From NCBI RefSeq assembly GCF_049510175.1, contig NZ_JBEKZF010000003.1, forward strand, positions 149,195 to 213,194: a DNA stretch of 64,000 nucleotides, read 5' to 3'. This document shows, piece by piece, positions 1 through 9,428 of the stretch. The notes beneath the pieces are model-generated. The model ran no database searches, was not told the DNA's origin, and saw only the letters and a list, made by a program, of their open reading frames with translations. The stretch's first letter is position 1. Every line of letters starts with the position of its first letter. The position numbers and the translations under genes were made by a program. The DNA comes from Methanoregula sp. (GTDB taxonomy: Archaea; Halobacteriota; Methanomicrobia; Methanomicrobiales; Methanospirillaceae).

Positions 1-45
1 TACTCGTGGGAAGAGGTAATCCCTTATTTCTCCAGACCCCCTCTG

Positions 46-765
46 TTGTATGTGAGCACTCCCATGATCCTTCGCATCTTCACCCTTATCCTCAAACCGG
101 CAAATCCGCTGCAGTTCTCCCTGACGGAGTTCCGGTCGTCTCTTGCCCGCCAGCTTGCGGAGTATCCTGCACCAGCACTTCGCAGAAGTCCTCCCGAACG
201 GTTTATCTATCGTTATCCTGCGATCCAGTGCAAGCAGGTCAAAGGCGAGCTGATGCTGATCGGCATCTTCCAGGGAGCAGGCATCCTTTTGCAGATGGCG
301 GAAGGAGATCCGGAGATCACGATGGGAAACAACCGCTGCACCATCGCTTCGCGGGACAGGGAAATCCGCGATGAGGAATTCGGGATAACCGGCGGGATGC
401 ATGAATATGAATTTCTCACACCATGGCTTGCCCTGAACCAGCAGCATGCAAAAAAATTCTATGACCTGCACGGAAAACCTGCACGGGACGGATTCATGCA
501 GAAGATCCTGACCGCCCACCTGAATACGCTTGCAAAATCCCTCGATTATACTCCCGCTGAACCTCTCTCCTGCACGGCACATGTCCGGTTCAGACGGGAA
601 CAGATCGATTGCGAAAATGTGATGGTATTCCTGGGAAAATTCAGGACCAATCTCCGTATTCCGGATTATCTGGGGATCGGGCAGTCTGTCTCACAAGGAT
701 TTGGGACACTTCGGGAGATCCCCGGGAAAAAGAGATCCTGCGACGCATATCCGGTGCAGTCCTGA
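46..765 (+). CDS. cas6: Cas6-family (RAMP) endoribonuclease, apparently stand-alone; start may be ATG 64
   Basis: C-terminal Gly-rich loop YLGIGQSVSQGFGT, RYPAIQCK motif and ~230 aa length typical of Cas6b-like proteins. Confidence 0.7.
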   Translation: MYVSTPMILRIFTLILKPANPLQFSLTEFRSSLARQLAEYPAPALRRSPPERFIYRYPAIQCKQVKGELMLIGIFQGAGILLQMAEGDPEITMGNNRCTIASRDREIRDEEFGITGGMHEYEFLTPWLALNQQHAKKFYDLHGKPARDGFMQKILTAHLNTLAKSLDYTPAEPLSCTAHVRFRREQIDCENVMVFLGKFRTNLRIPDYLGIGQSVSQGFGTLREIPGKKRSCDAYPVQS

Positions 766-841
766 TGGTATTCGGTGTCGTCCTTATCCTGCCCCTCACA
801 TAATACCCATAAAGACCGTCAATGCCCGCATCATTTCACAA

Positions 842-2509
842 TCAGTCCAGGAACAATGGCACGTCCCGGAAGCTTTCACCATCAAAGACGCCCCTATCGG
901 TGACACGCAGCGACGGGATTACTGTCAGTGCGAGGAACGAGAGGTACATGAAAGGGTTTTCGATCCCCCCCATCTTTCTTGCGACATCATGCAGGACTTT
1001 CAACCGTCGGGCAACTTCCGGGTAGGGCAGGGTCGACATAAGGCCGGCACAATCGAGTGGCAGTATGACGGTTTCCATGCCGAGAACCGCTACCATGGCC
1101 CCCTGTGCACGGATTACCTGGTGAATGGCCTGGAGGATCGCGTCATCGCTCGTCCCGACAGCAATAATATTGTGGGCATCGTGTGAGATGCTGCACGCGA
1201 TGGAACCTTCCCGGAATGCAAAGCCATGGGCGAGCCCGATGCCGCAGGGAGCATCACGGTACCGGTTGCAGACTACTACCTTCAGGATATCCCGGTCCAG
1301 ATCAGGTATGTCCTCTGCAGAGCAGTCATAGCGGAGTGATGTGGTCACGATCTGGTCCGGGACAAGGCCGATTACCCGGGCGCTCCCGTTGCCGGAGATA
1401 CTGATGGCTTCCCGTGACGGGACAGAGCAGTGAACAGAGGGAGGGAACGGGACCTGCGGTACATGTGATGATGCTTTTATCTCAGTCCCGTTGCGGAAGA
1501 CCTGCCGGACAACGAACGTCTCCGGGTCGTCGACAATACAGAAGTCCGCCCTCCGCCCGGGAGCGAGTGCGCCCCTGTCACTAAGGCCGAACCGTTCAGC
1601 CGGGGAGAGTGTGGCCATGCGTATGGCAAGTTCCGGTGAAAGCCCATGAGCAACAGCCCTCCGGATACAGCGGTCGATGTGCCCCGCGTCCATCAGCAAA
1701 TCGGCATGGCAGTCGTCGGTGGCAAAGCAGCATCGGGACACCGTTGCGGGCGTGACAAGCGGGATGAGTTCCTCAATATTCTGTTCCGTGGAACCCTCGC
1801 GGATGAAAATATACATCCCTTTTTTCAGCTTCTCTTCCGCCTCAGCAAACGTGGTACATTCGTGATCGCTCTGGAGACCGGCGAGGATGTAGGCATTGAG
1901 GTCCTTGCCGGTAAGACCCGGGGCGTGCCCGTCGCGTATGCATGAGAGATGGAGTTTTGCTGCAATGCCGGGGTCCGCCGCAAGCACACCCGGCACATTC
2001 ATCATCTCGCCGAGCCCGAGGATCCCATCATCCCCGTTAAAACGGCGCAGGTCATCAGCCTCGAGCACGGCCCCTCCGACATCTGCCGGTGTCGCGGGCA
2101 CACAGGACGGGAGCAGGTACAGGATATCAATTGCGGCCCTCTCATGTGCAGTGAGCATGTATGCCATCCCGGTAGAGCCGGCAACGTTGGCGATCTCGTG
2201 GGGGTCGGCGATTACCGTTGTCGTCCCGTGAAGGGCAACGAGGCGGGCATATTCGGTGGGCGTGAGTAGCGAACTTTCGATGTGGACATGGGCATCAATC
2301 AGGCCCGGCACAATATACTGGCCGGTACAATCCTGCACCATTTTCCCGGAATAATCCCCGATACCGAGAACATGCCCGTTCTTAATCGCTAGCGACCCTT
2401 CATCCCATAAACAGGTGAACGGGTTGAAGACGGAAGCATTCTCAAAGACCACATCCGCCGGTTCCAGCCCCCTGGCTGCATCTATCATTGTTTTTGAGAA
2501 ATGGGCCAT
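842..2509 (-). CDS. ade: Adenine deaminase
   Basis: PGLIDAHVHIESS, DPHEIANV, GLGEMMN, DGHAP, DHEC, TDD and HDAHN motifs; 555 aa. Confidence 0.93.
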   Translation of the reverse strand: MAHFSKTMIDAARGLEPADVVFENASVFNPFTCLWDEGSLAIKNGHVLGIGDYSGKMVQDCTGQYIVPGLIDAHVHIESSLLTPTEYARLVALHGTTTVIADPHEIANVAGSTGMAYMLTAHERAAIDILYLLPSCVPATPADVGGAVLEADDLRRFNGDDGILGLGEMMNVPGVLAADPGIAAKLHLSCIRDGHAPGLTGKDLNAYILAGLQSDHECTTFAEAEEKLKKGMYIFIREGSTEQNIEELIPLVTPATVSRCCFATDDCHADLLMDAGHIDRCIRRAVAHGLSPELAIRMATLSPAERFGLSDRGALAPGRRADFCIVDDPETFVVRQVFRNGTEIKASSHVPQVPFPPSVHCSVPSREAISISGNGSARVIGLVPDQIVTTSLRYDCSAEDIPDLDRDILKVVVCNRYRDAPCGIGLAHGFAFREGSIACSISHDAHNIIAVGTSDDAILQAIHQVIRAQGAMVAVLGMETVILPLDCAGLMSTLPYPEVARRLKVLHDVARKMGGIENPFMYLSFLALTVIPSLRVTDRGVFDGESFRDVPLFLD

Positions 2510-2516
2510 AAAAAAA

Positions 2517-2900
2517 TCACACTACAATATCGCGGATCACTGCGGTCTTACGGTCATTATTGCTGAGCACATAGATATACAGTTTGTAACTGCCGGGTTC
2601 AAGCCTGACAGGGACAGCGACGATATTTTGCCCATTTACGAGCGTTGCTGGAGTATTCACTATGGTATACCTTTCCTGCGTCAGGTTTGCTATCCGGTAT
2701 ACCGTTACCTGAACACCGACATCAGCTGGATCACCAGTATGGCTGATATTCACCATGACGGAATTGCTGCTGTACCATGTATTCCCCACACCGGTAGAAA
2801 TGCATCCGGTACAGAAGGAGATCATGACCAGCACCAGTACACCGGCAAAGACCGGATACACAGCTTGGGACATTAACCAGATGTAAAACCGTGCAACCAT
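2517..2900 (-). CDS. Hypothetical secreted or lipoprotein-like protein
   Basis: Hydrophobic N-terminus ending in CTGC, followed by a beta-rich Ig-like domain; stop 8 bp before ade. Confidence 0.6.
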   Translation of the reverse strand: MVARFYIWLMSQAVYPVFAGVLVLVMISFCTGCISTGVGNTWYSSNSVMVNISHTGDPADVGVQVTVYRIANLTQERYTIVNTPATLVNGQNIVAVPVRLEPGSYKLYIYVLSNNDRKTAVIRDIVV

Positions 2901-3153
2901 AAAATCCTGTTGGGAAACTCTCCTGTTTGTGTTTTAGTTGACGAGTCTCTATGGACGAAAACGTTCCAGCCATCTATTGCCATTTCTGCCTGCACTTTCA
3001 TAAATCCATGCAGGTTGGCAACAATCCCGGGGTTCCTGCATAAAAAAGAAGAATAATCCAGGCATATTATTCCAAAAACCCAATAATGCAATCCCGAAAA
3101 CAAAACATACCCGATCATACCATCGCTCATTAAATTCGCCTTCATGTGATAGC

Positions 3154-3347
3154 ATAACGGTCATTGCTTTTTCCCATCATGAGGGAAGTCCGGGTAAAAT
3201 GACATCCTGCCTTAATATTGGCGGTTTTTTAGCACAGACTGGGAAAAAGGTTCTTGTTGTGATTGCGATCCGCAGTCCAATGCAACTGTCGGATTCGTTT
3301 AAATCTCCCGGAAAACCGGCAGGAACATGTGTGATGTGTTCATGAGC
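3154..3347 (+). pseudogene. ParA/MinD-family ATPase N-terminal remnant
   Basis: Reads VIAFSHHEGSPGKMTSCLNIGGFLAQTGKKVLV, then after a 1-nt deletion near 3260 DCDPQSNATVGF and a stop, then GRNMCDVFMS; no start codon. Confidence 0.75.
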
Positions 3348-3415
3348 AGTGCCTCGTAATTCCGGTTGTTCGGGGCCCGGTAACAGTGTGCCCTGTCCCG
3401 GAACCGTATTCAGGG

Positions 3416-3604
3416 CTAGAGTTTTTCAATGGTGACGCGTACTCGGTCACCGGCTTTCAGGTTATGACCTTTCGGGATGTCGATATTAAACCAGAGTGCT
3501 TCCGGATGATCCTGTGTGGGATCCTGTGACATCAGGCAGTCCTTGTGGTCGTTGATGTTTGCAACAAATTCTACCTCTGATTCAAATTCCAGAACTTTCG
3601 TCAT
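3416..3604 (-). CDS. Small hypothetical protein (62 aa, MTKVLEFESEVEF...)
   Basis: ATG at 3604 just downstream of the preceding gene; beta-rich C-terminus LKAGDRVRVTIEKL. Confidence 0.55.
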   Translation of the reverse strand: MTKVLEFESEVEFVANINDHKDCLMSQDPTQDHPEALWFNIDIPKGHNLKAGDRVRVTIEKL

Positions 3605-3633
3605 GATAAAAAGAAGAATGGCTGTGGGGATAT

Positions 3634-3900
3634 TCAGATGGCACGCGGGGTGACCATCCACGTTGTGCTGTTCGAATAACTCCACCGGATAATATCCAGT
3701 TCCTTACAGATCTCGGCAAGAATTGCCATGTTTGTTCCCACCTCTTTTGGCGAGAGACCAAGGTCTTTTGCAATATATTTGGATTTGAAATAGTGCTTGC
3801 CCTTGGTTATGCCAGAATTGAGATACAAAACGATCTTGTGCTGGGTCTCATTGTACGTCTCACGTAATTTTTTAGTTGTTGACATGTTGTGCCTCAGCAT
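3634..3900 (-). CDS. Small winged-HTH protein (DUF7123-like, conserved euryarchaeal); start may be 3885
   Basis: YFKSKYIAKDLGLSPKEVG and WSYSNSTTW motifs; TATA-like TATATAAA upstream. Confidence 0.7.
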   Translation of the reverse strand: MLRHNMSTTKKLRETYNETQHKIVLYLNSGITKGKHYFKSKYIAKDLGLSPKEVGTNMAILAEICKELDIIRWSYSNSTTWMVTPRAI

Positions 3901-4103
3901 TAAAAACTCATATAGATCAACTGCTATATATAAATATCTAATAATCCTGCGAAAAATCCAGTCTTATTTTTTTTTCCCGGCCGATATTTCGACCAGAAAA
4001 ATTATATCTCGCCCACCGGATGCGTAGTTTTCCATGAACATAATTACCATGTGTTCCGGGCGTTTCCGGGTCGAAATCAGCGGAATTCGGAAATTTTTTT
4101 GGT

Positions 4104-5957
4104 TTAATTCTGCTGCTGAACCTGAGCATCGGCAATCTTTTTGATGAGGGCTTCGAGCACCACATCGCGCATGCCTTCCACGAATTTTATGCTGCCAACA
4201 ACAAGGTGGCCGCCGCCACTGATCCCGCCACCCGGGATCTCGACCCGGAGTTCCCGGACCATACGGGGGATATTCATGAGTACACCCCGTGACCTCAGGA
4301 CGGCAAAATCCGGGCCAAACCCGATAGTGACTACCGGTTTTCCTGCATTCTGGCGGCAGAGACGGTCGTGAACTTCGCCACTTGTCTTGCCGGGAGGCGG
4401 GAACGTAAACTTATGGGCATGGATCTCCACATCGATAAGGAAGAGAAGTGCATCGTTGGCAAGGACACGGGGAACGACATGGGGCATGCAGGCGCTCATC
4501 TGGTCCTCGATCATGGTATTGGCGCCGTCCACCAGCAGCGCCACCAATTTTTTATGGCGTTCGGGTTTTCCGGTCAAGTTCAGGATATCCTTAATGATCT
4601 CGCGGCCGTCATTAAACCGGAGCCAGAATTGTTCGTAGTCGAGAGCGAGGGCAATATCCTTGCAGGCCTCTTCCGCAAATTGATCCCGGACAAGGGACAG
4701 GAAGAGGGCACGTTCCGGTGCCTCGCTCCGGTCCCCGACACCGGCAACGGCCGGCAGGTGGCGGATCAGAGATTCGACCTTGGGATTGATCAGACGGGCA
4801 ACCTCCGTGCCGAGCATGCCGGCAGTGATCCCGAAATCGCCTCCGACATGATAGGGGTTGACATGGGCGAGCAGGTACTTGTCGATGGTTGCATCAGGGT
4901 GGTGGTGGTCGATGACAATAAAGGGAATGTCGTAAACACTCGCGATCTTGTACGAGGGTTCATCCTCCTCGGTGGAACCATTGTCGGTGAGGATGACAAG
5001 AGGCATCTTCTGCCCGAACCGGATATGGTCCTTAAGTGAAAAATCGAGGTCGCGGGTGATATCCTCGATCTCATAGAACGGGGCTTTCGAGGGCGCACGC
5101 TTAAAGAGGTAGTAATCTGCATCGAAGTCCCCTCCCGATTCCCGGATCAGGGACACAACTGCCTGTTCGATGGCGACAGCGGAACAGATGCCGTCGGCAT
5201 CTGCATGGTGGCGGAGGATGATGGGCTGAGACGTGAAGACCGCTTTCCTGATGATCTTCGCGACCTTCTTCATCTCGGGACGGAGTTTCTCCATGACCTC
5301 GCTTTTAACAAGGAGGGGGATGTCCTCCGGCTCGGAACGGGCATCAAGGGCTTTCTCGATCCTTGCCTTGACTGCGACCGAATCATCTCCTGTCATCACG
5401 GTTATCGCATCGACCTCGATCTGGAGCTGGTTGTTGCGCATCATCACTTCGCCAATGACCTTGACGATATTTTCCAACTCGACTTCCGGGTACGCCCGAA
5501 CGCCCGCCTCGACAAAGGCGGCAGCGTTCTGGGTACCGGTCTCGTCAACAACCGTAAAGATAGTCGGACCGCTGGTCTGCTTGATCTGGGCGACTTCCCC
5601 TTCGATGGCTACCGTTTTTCCCACTTTGGTGCTCAGATCAGCGATTCGTACGGTTGTTGACTTCCGTTCAATGTTCTGCACCTGGTAGACCTGTATCTGG
5701 ATCTCTTCGAGATCGATGTTACCGTTCGGCCGGATCTGCCGGACCCGCACGAGAATCGAATCACGTTCCTTGTGATCGGCCTTGATGTTGCTTTTGTGGA
5801 CAAGGCCCTTGATCCGGTCGTTCAGCTGGACAAACATCCCGAAATTGGCAAAACCCTGTACCTTTCCCTGATATACATTCCCTTCCTCGATGTCAGCAAG
5901 GTCACACCCTGTACCAAGCCGGTAGACGAGGACATCATCTTCACTGGTATTCTGCAT
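4104..5957 (-). CDS. Archaeal RecJ-like DHH phosphoesterase with S1 and OB-fold domains
   Basis: S1 motif GKVQGFANFGMFV, HHADADG, DNGST, IDHHH and GGGHLVVG. Confidence 0.88.
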   Translation of the reverse strand: MQNTSEDDVLVYRLGTGCDLADIEEGNVYQGKVQGFANFGMFVQLNDRIKGLVHKSNIKADHKERDSILVRVRQIRPNGNIDLEEIQIQVYQVQNIERKSTTVRIADLSTKVGKTVAIEGEVAQIKQTSGPTIFTVVDETGTQNAAAFVEAGVRAYPEVELENIVKVIGEVMMRNNQLQIEVDAITVMTGDDSVAVKARIEKALDARSEPEDIPLLVKSEVMEKLRPEMKKVAKIIRKAVFTSQPIILRHHADADGICSAVAIEQAVVSLIRESGGDFDADYYLFKRAPSKAPFYEIEDITRDLDFSLKDHIRFGQKMPLVILTDNGSTEEDEPSYKIASVYDIPFIVIDHHHPDATIDKYLLAHVNPYHVGGDFGITAGMLGTEVARLINPKVESLIRHLPAVAGVGDRSEAPERALFLSLVRDQFAEEACKDIALALDYEQFWLRFNDGREIIKDILNLTGKPERHKKLVALLVDGANTMIEDQMSACMPHVVPRVLANDALLFLIDVEIHAHKFTFPPPGKTSGEVHDRLCRQNAGKPVVTIGFGPDFAVLRSRGVLMNIPRMVRELRVEIPGGGISGGGHLVVGSIKFVEGMRDVVLEALIKKIADAQVQQQN

Positions 5958-6126
5958 ATTTCTCTCTCACCACACACAGCGTACGGGATATTGTTGCGAT
6001 ATAGTATCTGGTATCGTCAACGCTCCGCGGATATACGATGCTCTGTATGATCATCAATGGGTGCCTGAATGTTTAATTTACTTGTTATCTGCAAAAGGGG
6101 GGAGCATCCGTATCTGTTCAGTGACT

Positions 6127-7065
6127 TTAGTCACGGAATGCCAATTCCACCATATCCAGGTCATTCGGAACGAGAATCCGGCCGGAATATTTCTTTTGTG
6201 CATCGCTGACGTGTGCCTGGACATCCGTGTAGCGCGAACTGGTATGAACGAGAACGAGGGTCCCCGCATTGAGCGCAGTTGCGGCTTCTCCCGCTTGTGA
6301 CGCTGTTGCATGGTAGAATTCTGCTGCACGGGCAGCTTCTGACTCATCGTAGGTTGCATCGTGGATCAGGAGGTCTGCATCGTGAGCAATATCCATGATT
6401 GAGGGGTGGACGGTGCGGGTATCACCAGTATAGACGATCTTGCGTCCTGGCCGGGGGTGTCCCATGACCTGTTCCGGCCCGATCGTGACACTTGCATCCC
6501 CGATACCAACCGTCACGGTCTCTCCCCGCTGGAGCCTGCCAAACAGCGGGCCGGCGGGGACGCCGAGAGCAACTGCCTGTTCGCGGTTGAACCGTCCCGG
6601 GCGTGGGTCCTCTTCAAGAATAAATCCAAGAGACGGAAGACCGTGGTTTGCGCTAAATGCCGTTACCGTATAACCGTCAAACCGTACCCACGATCCGTGG
6701 GAGAGTTCCACGGATTCCATGGGGAATTTCAGGTTGAACCGGGCAACGTGCCGGAGCGTGTCGACAAACTCGTGCACCCATTCTGGGCCGTATATCGTGA
6801 GGAGTTCTGTACGGCCATTGAATGACATGGTCTGGACTAGGCCGAATATGCCCAGGAAATGGTCGGCATGCCAGTGGGAGACAAAGATCGCATTGATGGT
6901 GAACCCGCACCGTGCCCGCATCATCTGCTGCTGTGCACCTTCACCGCAGTCGAACAGCAGGGTATCGGATCCCCTGCGGATCATGATGCAGGGCGGGTTG
7001 CGTGTCGGTGTGGGGAGGGCACCTGCGGTACCAAGGAAATAGACATGCAGAGTCTCGCCGCTCAC
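6127..7065 (-). CDS. rnz: Ribonuclease Z
   Basis: FLGTAGALPT, DCGEG, SHWHADH, exosite GP motif, YTGDT, HDAT, LVH. Confidence 0.95.
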   Translation of the reverse strand: MSGETLHVYFLGTAGALPTPTRNPPCIMIRRGSDTLLFDCGEGAQQQMMRARCGFTINAIFVSHWHADHFLGIFGLVQTMSFNGRTELLTIYGPEWVHEFVDTLRHVARFNLKFPMESVELSHGSWVRFDGYTVTAFSANHGLPSLGFILEEDPRPGRFNREQAVALGVPAGPLFGRLQRGETVTVGIGDASVTIGPEQVMGHPRPGRKIVYTGDTRTVHPSIMDIAHDADLLIHDATYDESEAARAAEFYHATASQAGEAATALNAGTLVLVHTSSRYTDVQAHVSDAQKKYSGRILVPNDLDMVELAFRD

Positions 7066-7167
7066 GGAAAATCACTCCGTGATTTTCCTACAACTCCTCG
7101 CTTATCCTCGTCGTTCATGCACAATCCCCCCGGGATGCTGCTCTATCGGTTCGTTCTCGCTCACGGT

Positions 7168-7944
7168 TCATATGAAATTCCTTCGGAATACGGCAAGGCT
7201 CTTCTTTGCCTCTTCTACCGAGCGTCCTTCAATCACGATCCGTCCTCCTGTGTACCGGGAAGCAACTTCCCTTCCCACCGTCTCCCACGCGATTGTGCCC
7301 TCACCGAGCGGGAGGTGTTCATCCGAGACGCCGTGGTTATCATGGATATGGATGTGATTGGCCTTGTGGACATACCGAAGGAATTCACCGACTTTGCCGA
7401 TGGTATTCGCGTGCCCGAAATCGAACGTCATTCCGATACCGTCAATGCCTTCAGTCATACCAATCAATTCTTCCGGGAGACGGCAGAGGAACTCCTTGAA
7501 ACTGATCATATTCTCGAGACAGGCAAGCACCCCGTGTTCGGATGCACACCTGCCGATCTGCCGGAGCGCCTCTTTCTGAAGTTCCCAGACTTTCTGGGGC
7601 ATCATCTTGCCAACAGGTGATATGTAGCCCGGGTGGATGGTGATCCGATCGGTCAGCGGTGCGGCATGTTCAATACAACTGCAGAGCTGGCGGATCGATT
7701 CCCTCCAGATGGGATCGTTGAGGGTGGCGATATTCAGGTCGCCGTACGGCGCATGTACGGAAGCACCGAGCCGGGTAGTCGCGAGCATATCCTCAACCTT
7801 GTGGAAGCAGTCCGGGTTCTCCAAGCGGTAATTTCCGTCACTTACGATCTCCCATCCGGCATACCCGGCCTCCTCTATACCATAGACCCATGCGATGTCG
7901 TCCCATACCTTTGCCGAAGAGGAGAAATAGGGAGAGAGGCTCAT
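7168..7944 (-). CDS. Sugar-phosphate isomerase/epimerase (AP-endonuclease-2 TIM barrel) family
   Basis: SVHAP, TIHPG, LENM, DFGHAN, HIHDN and DEHLPLGEGTI metal motifs. Confidence 0.85.
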   Translation of the reverse strand: MSLSPYFSSSAKVWDDIAWVYGIEEAGYAGWEIVSDGNYRLENPDCFHKVEDMLATTRLGASVHAPYGDLNIATLNDPIWRESIRQLCSCIEHAAPLTDRITIHPGYISPVGKMMPQKVWELQKEALRQIGRCASEHGVLACLENMISFKEFLCRLPEELIGMTEGIDGIGMTFDFGHANTIGKVGEFLRYVHKANHIHIHDNHGVSDEHLPLGEGTIAWETVGREVASRYTGGRIVIEGRSVEEAKKSLAVFRRNFI

Positions 7945-8489
7945 GGGTCTCCCCGCAACTGTGCCAGAAGGAGCTGGACGGCATCGGAGAAATCTGCCAG
8001 TGTCCCTTCGTTCTTCAGATGGATATCCGCCTCGCGCAGGGCATTGCCGAGGCCCCAGCCCCGTTCCCGCTCGTCCCGGTTGTGCAGGGCATCGGCAGTC
8101 ATGAAATCATCCGATCGCGCCCGTACGGCTATCCGTGCGAGGCGTTTTTCAAATGAGGACTCGATGCTGATCAGGGTAAAACCCGGAAAATTCCGCCGGA
8201 AGAGGGATACTTCCGTATCTCCCCGAATTCCATCCACGAGGACGAGGGGGGCGGACTGGTGCTGGATCTCGGGAACGCAGAGCCGGGCAATCGCGTCCAT
8301 GCCCTGTTCAGCCCGGAGCCGGTTTGCAGTTGCACCAAAATTCGTGTCGTTCGGCTCAAGCCCCGCTTCCCGCACGGCTTTCCGTACCATGTCGCCCATG
8401 ACAATGACCGGAATACCCATCTCCTGCGCGATGCGGGAGAATTCACCTTTTCCGCTTGCGGGCATGCCGACGACGCCAATCACTTTCAT
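7941..8489 (-). CDS. UPF0200 P-loop kinase (dephospho-CoA kinase-like)
   Basis: MKVIGVVGMPASGKG Walker A, VDGIRG, RDERE. Confidence 0.8.
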   Translation of the reverse strand: MKVIGVVGMPASGKGEFSRIAQEMGIPVIVMGDMVRKAVREAGLEPNDTNFGATANRLRAEQGMDAIARLCVPEIQHQSAPLVLVDGIRGDTEVSLFRRNFPGFTLISIESSFEKRLARIAVRARSDDFMTADALHNRDERERGWGLGNALREADIHLKNEGTLADFSDAVQLLLAQLRGDP

Positions 8490-9393
8490 AGGATATCTCT
8501 CCAATCTCCCGTGTCCGTATCCGGACTGTCCTTCCCAGGTCATCTGCGATCGTTTTCAACTCTGCCAGTGTCAGGGGTGGATGGTTCTCCTGAAGGGTTC
8601 GTCGTTTACAGATATATTCCCCATTGGTCATATCAGGTGCTGTTTCGCGCATCCGGACGATCTTGTGCTCACCCTGCTGGAGCACGAGAGGGGCATTGCC
8701 GATCTCTGCAGAAATTTTCCCGATATAATCCGCGTTCTCGTAAAAAACGGTGATGACAATCTCGAATTCTGCTAGGATATTTTCCCGGGATGCCTTTTTA
8801 CAGATGCTTATAGATCTCTGCAGGTTCTTCTCATAATTATCGGCAGGCACTGCGCTGTAGCCTCCCGGCAGGCCGGAAAACCCTTCCCACTGTGTTTTGT
8901 AATCAATGGCGATCCTGTCCACCAGGTTTTGCTGAATGAGAGTTTCCAGCGTACCTGGAAAAAGGCCGTTGGTCTGGATCCCAACCACCAGTCCCATTTT
9001 TTTTGCATAGCCGGCAAGCTCTATAAGGGCCTCTTTCTGGAGCGTGGGTTCCCCGCCGGAAATAACAACTCCGCTGATGAAGGGTGATGAAGTTTTTATC
9101 ATTTCCGTAATCTCTTCGAGATCCCGGTAATCCTCTCCGGACTGGATACCCTCGTTCTGGCAGTAGGAACACCGCAGGGGGCACCCCCGCAAAAACAGCG
9201 TACAAACCGCCCTCCCACGCCAATCGATCGTCGAGATGGGGATAAAGCCCCCAAAGTTCAGTCTGATAGGATCACCGTGCCGGATTATTTTATTCCCGTG
9301 GTTATTTGAGTGTATTTGAGTTAAGAACCAGCAACCAACGGGATCCTTTCTGCAGTGGACGATGTCCGTATTCCATAATTCTTGAGATAACAT
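8443..9393 (-). CDS. Radical SAM anaerobic ribonucleotide reductase activating protein (NrdG-like); start uncertain
   Basis: NFGGFIPISTIDW, FLRGCPLRCSYCQN (CxxxCxxC), SGGEPTLQ, QTNG. Confidence 0.8.
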   Translation of the reverse strand: MLSQELWNTDIVHCRKDPVGCWFLTQIHSNNHGNKIIRHGDPIRLNFGGFIPISTIDWRGRAVCTLFLRGCPLRCSYCQNEGIQSGEDYRDLEEITEMIKTSSPFISGVVISGGEPTLQKEALIELAGYAKKMGLVVGIQTNGLFPGTLETLIQQNLVDRIAIDYKTQWEGFSGLPGGYSAVPADNYEKNLQRSISICKKASRENILAEFEIVITVFYENADYIGKISAEIGNAPLVLQQGEHKIVRMRETAPDMTNGEYICKRRTLQENHPPLTLAELKTIADDLGRTVRIRTREIGEISYESDWRRRHARKRKR

Positions 9394-9428
9394 CAAAAAA
9401 AGTGCGTGGCAAAAAAGAGGGTGCAGGA

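Noticed and set aside
2873-3164. Two overlapping small ORFs in an AT-rich patch
   Set aside because: No recognisable family; neither frame is convincing; may be decayed DNA
7633-8775. 380-aa plus-strand ORF
   Set aside because: Antisense to three well-supported genes; no motifs
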